64,000 bases of DNA. Source: Calcarisporiella thermophila CBS 279.70. Lineage: Eukaryota > Fungi > Calcarisporiellomycota. The stretch spans positions 467,374-531,373 of the forward strand of contig NW_027192207.1 of NCBI RefSeq assembly GCF_041956535.1, read 5' to 3'. Position 1 is the first letter of the stretch; every line of letters starts with the position of its first letter. Below are positions 37,319-50,039 of this stretch, piece by piece. A program made the position numbers and the translations under genes. The notes under the pieces are model-generated. The model searched no databases. It saw only the letters and a program-made list of their open reading frames with translations, and was not told the origin of the DNA.

Positions 37319-38988
37319 ATGGAAGAAACCGATTCTCCTACATCCGATCCCTCCTCTCCCCCTCGATCCCCAATTCTCCCCTCTGCCATCAACGAAGATG
37401 AATTTCCCCAGAAATCTACAACTCAGATTCCTTCTGAGAAGGAGGATTCACCCCTGCCCTCTCCTCGTCGCACCCCTAGTCACCCCACCACCTCTTCCAC
37501 GACGGTGACGGAGCGCAAGCATGTGTTGCGGTACGATGCATCCTGGCCAATCTACGGCCTCGACTGGAGTCGACGGCCATCGGAGCAGGAAGCATGGCGA
37601 TTAGCCCTAGGGAGTTTGATGGAGGATTGTGTAAATAAGGTGCGGCATTGGCCCTTCTTTTTGGCTTAGCTCTGCACAGCTGACCATCTGAATTTCATTT
37701 TGGTGTGTAGCTTCAGGTTGTAACCCTCCCGGAGTACGTTGCCTCCGTGGAAGTGCATTCTTCGCGTGGAGACTTTGCTGTGCTAGCAGAGACGGATATA
37801 GGATACCCGGTGACTAAAGTCTTGTGGGAACCGTGGAAGGTTGCTATTCCTACTGTGTTCTCCTTTCCTGCGTGTATGCGTCTCTAACCCTACTTTCTTT
37901 TCATGCAAAGGGGGGAAGCAGTTCGACCGACTTGCTGGCAACCACATCGGACTTTGTGCGAATATGGGAGCTTGGATCGAGTGAATCCGAGGACAACAAC
38001 TTGGTGGGCAAGGGTGAGAGCGCGCCACGACAGAGTTTGGGCTTGAAGGCGACCCTGAAAAACGTAAGATGTCCCCATCCTATTGTTCCGCCTTGGAGAA
38101 GATCAGGGCGTGGTGCTGATGATTTGCATCTACGTTTTCTTTCTCTCCCTCCTCTCTAGACAAAATCTGACTTCTCTGCCCCCCTCACTTCGATCGACTG
38201 GTGTGAGTCGGATCCCGCCCTCCTAGTCTCAAGTAGCATTGATACAACCTGCACGCTCTGGAACGTGGAGACCCAACAGACGACAATACAGCTCGTGGCG
38301 CATGAAAAGGAGGTCTATGACGTAGCCTTCATGCCTGGAAGCGCCTCTATTTTCGCAACGGTAGGGGCCGATGGGACAGCGCGTCTATTTGACACGCGCT
38401 GCCTGGAGCAGTCGCGCATCATTTACTCATCTCCCTTCTCGCCTGTGAACGCAAATTCCCTCCCCGTGATTCCCGGCGTGTCTCTGCTTCGGCTGCAGTT
38501 CAACAAGATCAATGCAAATTTGATAGCAACCCTACACGTGGCCACCAATATTGTGCATGTACTGGATATTAGGACATCGCAGCCACTAGTGGAATTGAGG
38601 GGCCATTCTTCTCCAGTGAATGCCATCGGCTGGGCGCCCCATTTGTCAAATTTGCTGGTGTCTGGAGGTAATGGGTGCAATAGAGATGGAAAAAGGCGGC
38701 CATTCTTGCATGCTAACCCATCCCCCCCCCCCCCCCTCCTTCTCTTTTTTTTCTTCCTCTTCATTAGGGGATGACTCTCAAGTGCTGGTGTGGGACCTTG
38801 ACGATCCTAGCTCGTACGCCCCTCATCTCCCGCCTGGTGCGCCTCCCCCAACGGCCCAAAAAATTGTTCACCATCCGATCCTCGCCTACACCGCGGATGC
38901 AGAGGTGAACCAGCTGTGCTGGAGTGGAGTCATGCCAGACCGAATGGGCATCAGTTTCGGAAGGCGATTGCAGGTGTTGAAGATTTAA
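37319..38988 (+). CDS. DCAF7/WDR68/AN11-family WD40 scaffold protein
   Basis: WPIYGLDWS, YPVTKVLWEP, DLLATTSDFVRIW, APLTSIDW, SSSIDTTCTLWNVE, QLVAHEKEVYDVAF, FATVGADGTARLFD, GDDSQVLVWDL. Confidence 0.92.
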
Positions 38989-39759
38989 CTTATTGACTCT
39001 TACCAAGCTAATCTTATGCCTTTGAAGTTGGAGAAAGGACGCTTAATTCTTCTTTTTTTTTCTATTTTTCATTGGTCTTCTTTTTTTAGCACACTTTACC
39101 CTTTTTATAGTCTCCTTTTCTTTCTTTTTTTTTTTTCTTTTCTCGCGAAATGTTGTTGTTTATTTCTCCTTTTTCTTTTTTTTTTCCCACCGCTTATTAT
39201 GGATAGATGATTGCCTTTTTTATCTAATTAAAGGTGACCTAGTAGTATATCGGGATAGGAATGAATGGATTTTCATTATGTTTCAATCCATTTAATAGAT
39301 GCGGCGCATTTCCAGAGTCAAGATTCTCGTCCTCTCCATACTCGCTCTATTAACTTGGATCCATCGAGCCTACTTCTAAACCAAGCTAAGCTTCAGAAAA
39401 CAATAACAAAGCCTCTTTCGCGTCCACCTATCACCTCTTTCCACGGACAAGTGCTGATCGATGCATGTCAATCCCCCCCCCCCTCCCCCAATGCAATCCC
39501 CCCAAGTCCTTCCTTGAAAGGGTTTGATGAGGGATCAGGGCAAGAGTCGATCGCGAACAAAACCTATTTAAGGGACCAGGAATGTAAGGGAAGAAGAGGT
39601 GTGCTCCTTATCACTACCCTCTACTCTCTCCACCACCACCACCACCTCCTCCTCCCCCCTCCACCACACACTCCTTCTCTCAACTCTCATCTCTACTGCC
39701 TTTCCAGCCTCTACACTCCCACACTTAGAACCCACTCAGATTCCTCATCGAATCATAGT

Positions 39760-39942
39760 ATGAAGTTTTATTATCTTCTCCTCCTCCTGGCCACGCTCCT
39801 TTTGGTGAACGCCCACTCATTCACCATTGAAGACGCTCAAAACTGTATCAAGGACTGTAACGACGACCACGACGACTCCGAAACCGTGACCGAATGCCAG
39901 ACATGGTGTCTGCAGCGCTACCGGGATGAACAGGAAAACTAA
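39760..39942 (+). CDS. 60-aa secreted acidic peptide with CX3C-X12-CX3C motif
   Basis: MKFYYLLLLLATLLLVNA signal, then HSFTIEDAQNCIKDCNDDHDDSETVTECQTWCLQRYRDEQEN. This is the real coding part of the 39265 ORF. Confidence 0.8.
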   Translation: MKFYYLLLLLATLLLVNAHSFTIEDAQNCIKDCNDDHDDSETVTECQTWCLQRYRDEQEN

Positions 39943-40688
39943 GCTAAACTAAATATACGAGCAAAAAGAACCAACCTCCTCTTCCCCATTTTGACGAATT
40001 TTTCAGCCTTGTTCTTAATCTTTCCTGTAAACACATTGCCACTAGAACATCATTGAATAAAGACAGCATACATACTCAGCGACTATCTGAAAACTCCCCC
40101 CCCCCCCCCCCCATGATGAAATGTTGACTAGGCTGTATGTAAAGAGGCAGAATGGATATCATACCGATCGTAGAAATTCTCTCAGGGGGGATCATGAAGG
40201 GAGAGAGAAGATCGGATCAGCCTCACCGCTTCAATTATGTTGACATGCGATCTGCGGAAAATGTTAATTAGAATGGAATGACATGATTGGGGGGGGGAGA
40301 GGAACGTGGCAAAGTGTGGCCCTAAACGTGGTTGCGTGAGTAATCGCATGCGGAAGTTAATTCTAACACGGGGATGCATGGGATGGGAACACTCCGAACC
40401 TTAGGCAATTCGACTCGCTTGGCATAAAAAGCTCTAATTCTTTATTTTTTTTTCTCTATAGAAAGATATTAAACGGTATCATTTAAAAAGATAAGGGATT
40501 ATAACACCATTCAATCTTGGGGTATTTCATAAAGGAAAAAAAATTCACGGGATAAAAAGAATATAAACCACTTCATAATTAGAAAATCATAATAAGAAAA
40601 TGGGGAGATAGTCTACAAATGTGGGACGCCCCATCGATCCAATGATGCGCTCACATAAGACGAAAATATAGTGGGAGAAATAGGATTA

Positions 40689-42178
40689 TTAGTAGGTCAA
40701 CATATTCAGGAGCTGTGTAAATGGACTGTTTTCATCCTCAACATCCAGGCCTTCTGGAAACATGCCCGCAGTGGGATCTTGTGCCTCCATTGCAGCCTCG
40801 AAATTGCCCTCTGCAGAGAGCATGGACGGATCCTCTTGCTGGGGTTCCATGGGTAGTGTGGCGGGCTCCTCCTCAGGAACAGGGAGAGCATCCGAATTGT
40901 CTAGTTTTGTGTAAGCCTTTTGGGCGTGGGCTTTGTGATGGTGGTGACTTTGATGATGGTGATGGTGATGAGCGTTATGGTGGTGATCGTGGTGATGATG
41001 ATGGTGGTGGTGGTCGTGGTGGTGGTTCGAGTGGTGATGATGGTGATGATGATGGCTATTATGATGGTGGTGATGGTGGTGGGAATGATGGGGGTGGTCA
41101 GCGGCATCGACCTCGTCATCCCCCTTGTTTGTTTCGTCTGTCTTCGTCATCTGGTCATAGTAGGGTGTCTTACTATCTTCGCCATCATCACCATCGTCCT
41201 TCCCGTAGGAATAGTAGACCTCGGGTCCCTCGTCCTTGTCGTCATCCTCGTCCAACTTTTCGTCGTCGCCCTCGTCATCGCCTTTATCAAAGTCAACGAT
41301 TGAATTGTCCAGGTCGCCAGCTGCCTCCCACCCAGGCAAGGATTCCTGTTGATCCCCTTGCAAGAGGTTGGGGACGATGGCATCGAGCAACTTGGAGGTA
41401 TCCAGGAGGTTGCCGGACAGATCGAGGCCACGCTTATGCTTGCTTCTCCGCATGAGATCCATCACGCTTTCGAACGCAAGATCAATATCGGCCAGGTCCC
41501 CGTTGCTCTCCTCCTCCTCGTCGTACTCTGACGGATAGTCTTCCAATCGATTGAGCCACCAGAGAGAATCGGCGGGGCCGTTGCTGGCGTAGATCGAGTT
41601 GTGGGGTGCCATTGGCCTTATCTTCTTTGGCATCTCCGGGAAATTGCGGAAGGGTGGGTAGTCCTCGTCGAAATCAAAGTCCTCCTTATCCTCCTCCTCT
41701 TCGTCATCGTCTTTGGGAGGTGGGGACATGTACACCTTGTGATGATTGGGTTTGGATTTGGGTTTAGATTTAGCTTTGGCTTTGGCTTTAGGTTTAGGCG
41801 TCACAGCATGAACGTGTTGGGGATGTGGGTGTTCAGAAGGAGAATTGAGACTGCAAGGTAAGGAGAAAAGAAAAAGAAAACAAAAGAATACACAATGCGT
41901 TAGGATCGAGCTAGGGCCTTGGCTTTCCACGGGAGCCATGAGAGTCCCCTGAGTTGGCTTATCTCAGGTAGGAGAGATGGGGAGGGGGATAGGATGGGAT
42001 GGGATGGGATGGGATGGGATGGGATGGGAGGGGAGGGGGCGAGCACTTACAGAGGTAACACCGACATATCCAGCCCCAAAGGGGTGTCTAGATTCAAGCC
42101 TCGGCGTTCATTTAATGCGACCGGCGCTGCTGTTGTCGTCACAACCAATGCCAAACTTATTAGAAAAAAGGATTGCAT
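40689..42178 (-). CDS. Secreted acidic, poly-histidine protein with dibasic (Kex2-type) sites; 2 exons
   Basis: Exon 1 (42178-~42049) MQSFFLISLALVVTTTAAPVALNERRGLNLDTPLGLDMSVLP splices (gtaagt...ctaac...ttgcag, phase 2) into the 40689-41939 ORF at LNSPSEHPH. His tract at ~40926-41099. Confidence 0.85.
41986..42029. repeat. (GGGAT)n pentanucleotide microsatellite in the intron of the His-rich gene
   Basis: About 8 copies visible directly. Confidence 0.95.
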
Positions 42179-42297
42179 GTCCTTTTTTTCACTCTTCGAT
42201 GCTGTGCTCTAAAAAGCTTCTTAAATGCCAAATATGCTACAATAAAGAGAGGCTGGATTGAGAGGGGGGGAGTGGGAGGGAAGGGGGTGTGAACAAT

Positions 42298-42330
42298 GGA
42301 GTGGAGTGGAGTGGAGTGGAGTGGAGTGGA
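42298..42330. repeat. (GGAGT)n pentanucleotide microsatellite upstream of the His-rich gene
   Basis: About 6 copies visible directly. Confidence 0.95.
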
Positions 42331-43088
42331 AGTGATATGGTATAATGCAGTGCAATATGGTGCAGTGTGGCGGGATGTGATATAGTATGAAGGAGGTGAG
42401 AAAAGAAAGTGTGGTATTATCTAATAATACAGATAGGAAGCAAATGCAATAGATGCAAGGTAAGTGCGTGCTGTGTGGAGGAAAATGGGGATGTGTAGGG
42501 AGGTTTGATCGTTATTCGCGAGAATAAATACTCTTTCGAGAGTCGACTGGAACGTTTCAATTTCGCCGAGCTTATTATTTATTCAGCGCTTCCCAAGACT
42601 TCGACCTCCACACCACATTCCAATTATAAATGAAAACCTTCCAAATTGGGACAAGATATGATTTAAGCTTTGATGCCTAGATTGACGTTATGTTCGTGGC
42701 TCTGTTTCCTCCCTCCCCTCCTTCCTTTTTAACTGCCCCTTCCGTTGTAAGACGGCGGGAATATGTTTTATTTTTAACCGGAAATCATTTTAGCTAATAC
42801 CGGCAAATATGGAGGATGGAGGGGTGAAATACCTCATATTACGTTTCTCAGCCTAAAAGGGGGAGGAGTTGACAAGGTATTCTTATTCAGTTGAAGCGAG
42901 AGACAGGAGAGGAAAGATCGTATCAAGCCCAATACAGCATAGTAAAAGAGAAACCCACGTGTAGAGAAATAGATAGAGACAGTGAGGGAGAAAGAAGGAA
43001 AATAAATAATAAATAATAAATAAAAGTGTCTGAAAGTTCTTCTGCGTGTACTTGGTACAATAGGATGGGATTGATGTAGTAGTACAGT

Positions 43089-44168
43089 TCATCGAGACGC
43101 TCGTTCTGAGTCGGAGGCGGCCGCATCGTCTCCAATCCTGAAGTTCTTCCACGGGCCTGCGTCGCTCACCTTGCATCCCTCAGGGCATCTGCACTTGCCT
43201 CCAAATTCCTCTGGCAGGTTCTGCGGGTCCACATACTTGAGCAGTTCGGTCTGGTACTTGCTACCAAGAATGACGATTTTGCTTGCCGTCACTTCATCAA
43301 GGAACGGCTGTTGTTTGTTATTAGGGGTAGAAATGGGGGAGGTGAGACTAAAGGTAAGATTAGTTACGGAATTCGATTGGCTTGCTCACCTTAATCATGT
43401 TGAATGCTCCAGAGAAAAGAAAAGGCGCATTGATGATGATCATCTTGCCCATCAATTCCGGGTAATTGTCCTGCGCAATTGCAGCAATTCGCTTAATGAA
43501 GCCCAAGGCCATGGGGACTTGCCTGAGTGACAGGCCCTTCAAATCGGTGATGGTGAATGTCTGTTCCACTCGTTCGCCAGCTGCCTGTGAGCAGGCTGGG
43601 AACCGCTCATGGATCAAATGTTCATACCCAACAATGAAATGCTTAATCATTCGGTCTTCCGTGGTGATTTTGAACATCCGCGCCACATCAATGCCACCCA
43701 ATTGCTCAATGTACACTGGCCGACCCTTCCTATCTGTCTTATGGTAAAAGCGAGGGTAGAATTTGGCCATCTCTTCGGCCTCGGGGAACACAAAGTTTTG
43801 GACCAGGGAGTCCACGTCCATGTCCCGGCGCCACTGCTCGGTAGCAGTGAACATGGCCTTTGCTGCAGCATGATTGAAGCGCCGTGCACGGAGAAAGCGG
43901 AGTAGAGTAAAGTCATCGTGAGCGGAGGAGATGAGGCCTTCTTGCTCAAGATCCTCACGGAAACGGTGGAGGGCAGCCTCTTGTTGAGGGGTCAGATTGC
44001 CCACTATAAAGTTATGGATGCCAATAAAGAGCGTCGGTGAGTCTGTCTGGGAGAGCCTGCAGGAAGAGTCTGGTAGTTCTTACCTCTGCCCGTTCCTTGG
44101 AATCGCATAGACAAGGTAGACAGAGTGCGCTGGTCGTCGGATGGTGGGAGAAGGGTGCTTGGGGACAT
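43089..44168 (-). CDS. SEC14: Sec14 family phosphatidylinositol transfer protein (CRAL-TRIO); 3 exons
   Basis: GRVGNLTPQQEAAL, DDFTLLRFLRARRF, YPRFYHKTDRKGRPVYIEQLG, QDNYPELMGKMIIINAP, LPEEFGGKCRC...SDAGPW. Start could be 44168 or 44108. Confidence 0.93.
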
Positions 44169-44396
44169 TCTAATGAAGAGCTATGCTGATTCATGGCAGA
44201 TCGAGATTAGTATGCATCACTAGATGATCACCAATGCAATCCACGCAGCATCCATGTTATCAACGGGGAAGCGATCGAGACTTACTCAGGATGAGATTAT
44301 CGAAAGGGATGATGGGATTGCGGGAAAGGAGCGACAAGTATAATTAGGAAATATGGATTGAATGAAGGGGATAAACAAACAAGCACACAAACAAAC

Positions 44397-44424
44397 AATA
44401 TAATATAATATAATATAATATAAC
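44397..44424. repeat. AT-rich short tandem repeat (AATATAAT)n in the SEC14/JSN1 divergent intergenic region
   Basis: aatataatataatataatataatataa. Confidence 0.8.
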
Positions 44425-45582
44425 GTAGTGCTATTTCCTATTCTAATATTTAATACGAGAGAGTAAAAGAAAGTACAGGGAGCAAAACTTAAAACGAGGT
44501 AAAGAGACCAAAGAAAGAAAGTGGACGAATTTTAGGGCCATAGAAACCCGTCGCGGAGTCTTTGCGCCGATAAGTTCGGGCTGATAGGGCAGCCATTTAT
44601 TAGAAAAGCTTGTTTCTGGGCCCTCTTCTCGGCCTTGTGATGCTCGCCGATTCAGTCCAGCAGAGCTGATTTGCCACGCTGGCTCAGCTCGATCCGGCCG
44701 GCCGTACGACTGGGGAGGAGATGCATGGAGCTATGCGCGCATGCGTGCTTGCATTCATTGAAATGAACATCACGGCCACATTTCGGCTAAGATCTTTAAC
44801 CCTTAATACGCGGCATATTTGGGCAGCGATTTGCAAGAGAGAGGGAGGAAGGGGGGAGGCCTTTGCCTTACTCGCCCGAAACCAGAAAAAGTAGGTCGAC
44901 TTTCAGAAAACCACTGGAGCCGCTTCGAGGAATCTCGCCTGCTTTGGTTGGTTTAGCTCCCAAAATATTCGCCCAAGGACGAGGCTTATGAAATTTTTAT
45001 TTTTGGACCAAAAATAAAAAAGCTTACTTTGATTGCTGCAGTTCTAAATCTATTAGTTTTATTGCTCTTTATTTTATTTTTATTTTTTATCGCCGACTTG
45101 TTTCTTTTTTCTTCTAATTTTCTCATCACGCCGGTTCATTCTCCTTCATTTTATACTTCTGGATTAGATATCACCCTCGCATATCATAATACCGACCCCT
45201 CCTCTCTATTTCCTCTAGTGTACTTATGCATTAGGATTCTGCATGTATTACCAGCAGAACGGTTTCCCTTTCATATTTCTCTCTCGCTTCATTAGTCATT
45301 AGGGTATTTCATTGGATATAATCTAGTTCGAGCTCTCTTGCTCCATTCCCTCCTGGCTCTACATTTAATTGTCATATTCCCTCCGTCCCTCTAATCCATT
45401 TATACACTCATTGTGACTTATTTATCAACTATTTTTATCCTAAAAAGGTTTGCTTATCCCCCTAATTCCCGGGAGTTCAGCCCCCCTTCTTGTGATCTAT
45501 TTGTTCTAATCGATTCTGCTGATTTTCGCTCACAGCCTTCTAAGGGTATACCTGCGCCTCGACTCCCTTTGAATGTTTCGTG

Positions 45583-48500
45583 ATGAATAACGGTATGCAT
45601 TAATTGATTATATGTGGATACAGAGATAGTTCTGTATATGCATTGGTCTCGAGCCGCCTTTGCGGGGGTGCTTGACGCCCATGTCTTTATATCTGAATCA
45701 CCTAATTTAACTCTGTGTACTCTCTCCTCTCCTCTAGCCCAAAATCCCGCCCTTGGCTTACTAAGGAGATCAGTGGAGAACTCGGCGGCCGCAGCGAATA
45801 ATGCACAGCTATCCAACCCTGACTACTTCGGCCTTGATGGGCAAGGAGTGTCCATCGCCGGGGGAAAGCGGCAGCGTGCCGACACAATGCCTTCGCGGCC
45901 GACTACCTCCCTTCTCTCTGCCGCTGCTGGTGTCCACCAGCAGCAGCAACAGCAGCAACAGCACAGCCATCAGCCGATTTCAAATCCTCCGGTATTGGCA
46001 CCCAATTCGCGGCCCTCCTTAACTCAAAATCCAACGCCCCGCAAGCCTTCTCCGCTGTCCATTTCGACTCGATTTCGTTCCGGCTCACTGACCCTCCCCT
46101 CTGCGTCATTATCCAAAGCGTTTGGTCCATCCATTTTCGCTTGGTCTGAGCGCGACACCAATGCAGTTCTCTCGCCAACTACTCCGGGCGGTGAGCTGAA
46201 CGAGGAGAGCGCCAACTCCATTGCGCGCACCCTTGGCGTCCTTGGTCTGGACGATCCAATGAGCCCGCGACCCAAGCTCTCGCCTGGCTCGACGCTCCCT
46301 GAATTCTCGGTCACCCCGTCTCCGAAAGAGGATGCGTCCGCAAGTTCGACCGTGGCCACCTCCGCGAACCCGCTCTTGCGTGCGAAGCTCTCCCACCTGA
46401 ATAGGGTTCGGTCGCTTTCCACCTCCGCAACCAATAAATACGACGATGAGTACGTAGAGGGGGGAGAGAACAAGGAGTGGGCTGGCCAAGCTGGAGCGTA
46501 TTCGCAGCTCAATGCTGGCGGCTTAATCCACCCCAACATGGGAGTCCACCGCCTGCATCAAGCGCTCCTCCGCCCGCGCGCTATCTCAGTGGGGGTCCTG
46601 GACTCGCCAAGTTCGCCCACCTATCCGGAAACGGGTCCCAACCCGGGTGCCACGTCGCCTCCGACCTCGGACGCATACGCGTCGTTCATGCCCGACACCG
46701 ATAGCGTCAACATGCTATCGGGAAATGAAATACTGGGTCTCCTCGTCAACGGAGTGATAGATGGGAAACCGCTGAAGGCCTCACCGTTAAACACAAATTC
46801 TGTATTCCCCTCGCGAGAGTCGTCGCCGTTGCTTGGAGATCCATTCGGTAGTCCGGGCGCTTACATGGGGTCTCTGGCAGGCAACGCACCGGCCCCCAAT
46901 GTGTTCGGCACGTCACAGATACCTTCCCGTACCCTTTGGGTTGGGAATCTGGATCCCACGCTAAGCACGGCGGATCTGCGCCAGATCTTCATGTCGCTGG
47001 GTCCTGTGGAGAGCCTGAAGCTTCTCCCCGACCGGGAATGTGGATTTGTGAATTTCACAACGGTGGAGGATGCGGTGCGTGCTCGGGATGAGATTTTGCA
47101 CCGCTTGGGAGGCAGGATTGGAAAATGCGCCGTCCGCCTTGGGTTCGGCAAGGCTGAGCACAACTCTCCCGCTGAGACGCCTACCCGTGCCCTGTGGATC
47201 GGGAACATCCCGGCCACCACCACGACCGAGCAGCTTCAAGAGGTGTTTGCCGCCTTTGGGCCGGTTGAATCAGCGCGAGTTCTCACCCACAAAAACTGCG
47301 GCTTCGTCAACTTTGAGCGCATGGAGGATGCGGTGATGGCCAAGCGCACCATCCAGGGGAGGGAATTGTTTGGAGTGAGCGGCAGTGCGCTAAGAATTGG
47401 GTTCGCAAAGGAGCCCCCGCCCATGCCGTCTCCCATTTTGGGGCAGTCGCTCCCTGGTGCAGTGGGAGGGCTGGAATCCGGCGAGAGAAATGGCAAGGCC
47501 GCAGGCCCGAGCCCGATGAGAAGCGCAGAGGCCTACCAGGCTAGCGTGCAAATGCTGGTGGCCGGCCTGGACCATGTCGAGAGCTTGGAAAGGGAGCGTC
47601 GGGCCATCTACCGTGAACTGGCCATCGAGGGTGAAGATCGAGTGGGGAGCCCTTCAGCCTGCGAGGAGGAGCCGAACCCGGCCGAACCAGTCGTGTATCA
47701 TGCCTCGATTCCATCCGTGCCCGACCCCAATCCACACCGCCGCGTAGACGCCGCTCGACTCCGCGAGATGCGCAAGCGCCTCGACATGCAGCACGTCACA
47801 CAGAAGGAAATCGAAACCATCGCCACGGAGTGTATGGAGGATATCGTTGAACTCTGCAGCGACTACATCGGGAACACGGTCGTGCAACGACTCTTTGAAA
47901 AATGTTCAGAGCCATTGAAGCTCATGATGTTGGAAAAGATTGCCCCGTACTTGGCCATGATCGGAATCCGTAAGTTTATGGCTGTCTCAGCACTCGCAGA
48001 ATGGCACAAATCTAACGCGGTTTCTTCTTCTCCTCTGCTCTATAGACAAAAACGGGACATGGGCGGCGCAAAAAATCATCGAGTGCACCAATGCTCCCGA
48101 ACAGGTATGCCTTGCTTTTTGTTTCTATCGAATAAACAAAAAAAAATATGGACCCAAGCTGATCATCGGAGTTTCTTTTTTTTTCTTCTGCTCTCTTTAG
48201 GTCAATCTGATTAGTACTCATCTTAGGCCTTATGCTCCTGCGCTTATGCTCGATCAATTCGGAAACTATGTGGTACAGTGCACGCTCAAGTTTGGCCCCG
48301 AGTGGAATCAATACGCGTTCGACGCCATGGTCGATCGGACTTGGGAGATTGCCCAGGGGCGGTTTGGGGCCCGGGCAATGCGCACTTGCTTGGAGAGCCA
48401 GTACGCCACTGTGAAACAGAAAAAACAAGTGGCCGCTGCCCTTATCCAGCATGCGCTCCTCATGATCACCAATCCGAACGGCGCACTCCTCCTCACCTGG

Positions 48501-49430
48501 CTGCTCGATACTTCCGCACTCTCCGGTCGCTACCGTCTGCTCGCCCCGCGGCTACTCCCTCATCTGGCCTACTTTTGCATGCATAAGCTGGCCTCTCTCA
48601 CGATCCTCAAGCTCCTTAGCCAGGAGCACGAGTTAGAGGCGCGCGACCTTCTCATCTCGGCCCTCTTCAACTCGCCCGGCGACAAGTCCCTGGCCGAGGT
48701 GCTGTGCGATCAGGTCCACGGGGTCGGGGTCGTCCACAAGGCGCTCACCCTGTATCCCAACGGAACCGAGGCCAAGCGCCGTATGGCGATGCAGATCAAA
48801 CAGCTTTTGGTGCAGCAGAATGTACAGCACTTGCAGGGATATAAGCGCCTCCTAGAGGAGATTCATGGTCTGCTGCAGCATGCCCCAGTGCTTGGCGCTG
48901 CACCCACGACCACGGCTGCCGCCGCGAAGCCAGCCGAGATGCACTCCCACTTGGGCTATCTTGCCATCCCGCGGGAAGGGGCGAACAGCCCCCAGCCGCA
49001 ACCCATGCCGCAGCTACGGTCCCCCACCTTGGCCACATCATTCCCGCCCCCAGCCTCGGTGCCCATGGCCGAATCTTACGGCTACGCTGCACCGCCTCCG
49101 CCCATGGGGGCGCTTCCCCATTACCAGCCCTACCCGCAGCCACCTCAGGCACAGCCACATCTTGCTCCGGCGTCGCAACCTCTCCAGGGTGGACTCTATG
49201 CGGGGCAGCCGGCGGGCTATTTCATCCCCACCTACAATGGCATCACCCCTCCGATGACCCCTCTGCCCCTGCATCATCACAAACCGCATTCAGCGCCCGC
49301 GCAGCATCCCCATCCGCCATCACTTACTCAGCAACCCCCGGTTGGGAAGGGGGAGAAGGGCTGGCATCCCACTCCCCCCTCATCCTCACCCTCATCGATC
49401 ACCTCCTTGGTTGAAGAGGACGCTTCATAA
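45583..49430 (+). CDS. JSN1: Jsn1/Puf1-2-type RNA-binding protein (two RRMs plus Pumilio repeats)
   Basis: Probable micro first exon MNN|AQNP. PSRTLWVGNL and PTRALWIGNIP...KNCGFVNF RRMs. SDYIGNTVVQRLFE, IGIHKNGTWAAQKII, DQFGNYVVQC, QGRFGARAMRTCLE. Confidence 0.92.
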
Positions 49431-50039
49431 ATTAATTATTTCTTATTTAGATTACTTTTTTTTTAGAATATTTTAAAGTCGTTCTGTAATGTTATTCTAT
49501 ACTACATGCTCTATTCTCACCTCTTATTCAAAAAAAAAATCTCGGATATTCTTCATTTTTTGGTCATGGGATATGATTCAGTAAGGTCTTTTTTTTTTTA
49601 CTATATAACGCTTCTTATTCTTAATTTTTACAGTACTCCAAGCCTATTCTATTCTATTTTTTTTTTTTCATATATCTTTTTTTCTTTTCGAAAATACAAA
49701 TGTTCTTTTTTTAACCATTTTTATGCAAATGGGTGCTTATCGTTACCAAAATTGCCCGCCCACCCGTCATTTTGCTGCAAGGCTTTGCATACCGCCGGAA
49801 ACTTTCGTGGTGCCTTTTCCTGTGCTGTGCTTTTTTCCCTACAAGCTCCTTGGACCCTCGCCCTCCCTCCCTATACGCTTGCCATTCCCGAACTGTATAA
49901 CGCTTCCATTTTTCTTTTCGACAGTCCCTGCCGATACCAAGACTGCTTACACACTCCGCCCGCCCTCTTAAGCGCTGTTCCCCTCGTTGAAAGCGGCCCC
50001 CTCCTACTGCGTCTCTCCATTCATAGAGGCCATCGATTA

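Noticed and set aside
39265-39759. N-terminal 165 aa of the 225-aa ORF
   Set aside because: Low-complexity promoter/UTR sequence. The credible start is the signal-peptide ATG at 39760.
40721-41455. M/V-rich and G/D-rich plus-strand ORFs
   Set aside because: Reverse-complement reading of the His-codon tract.
49506-50039. Hydrophobic N-terminal extension of the RhoGAP ORF
   Set aside because: T-rich JSN1 3' UTR/intergenic sequence that happens to be open. The likely start is 50040.
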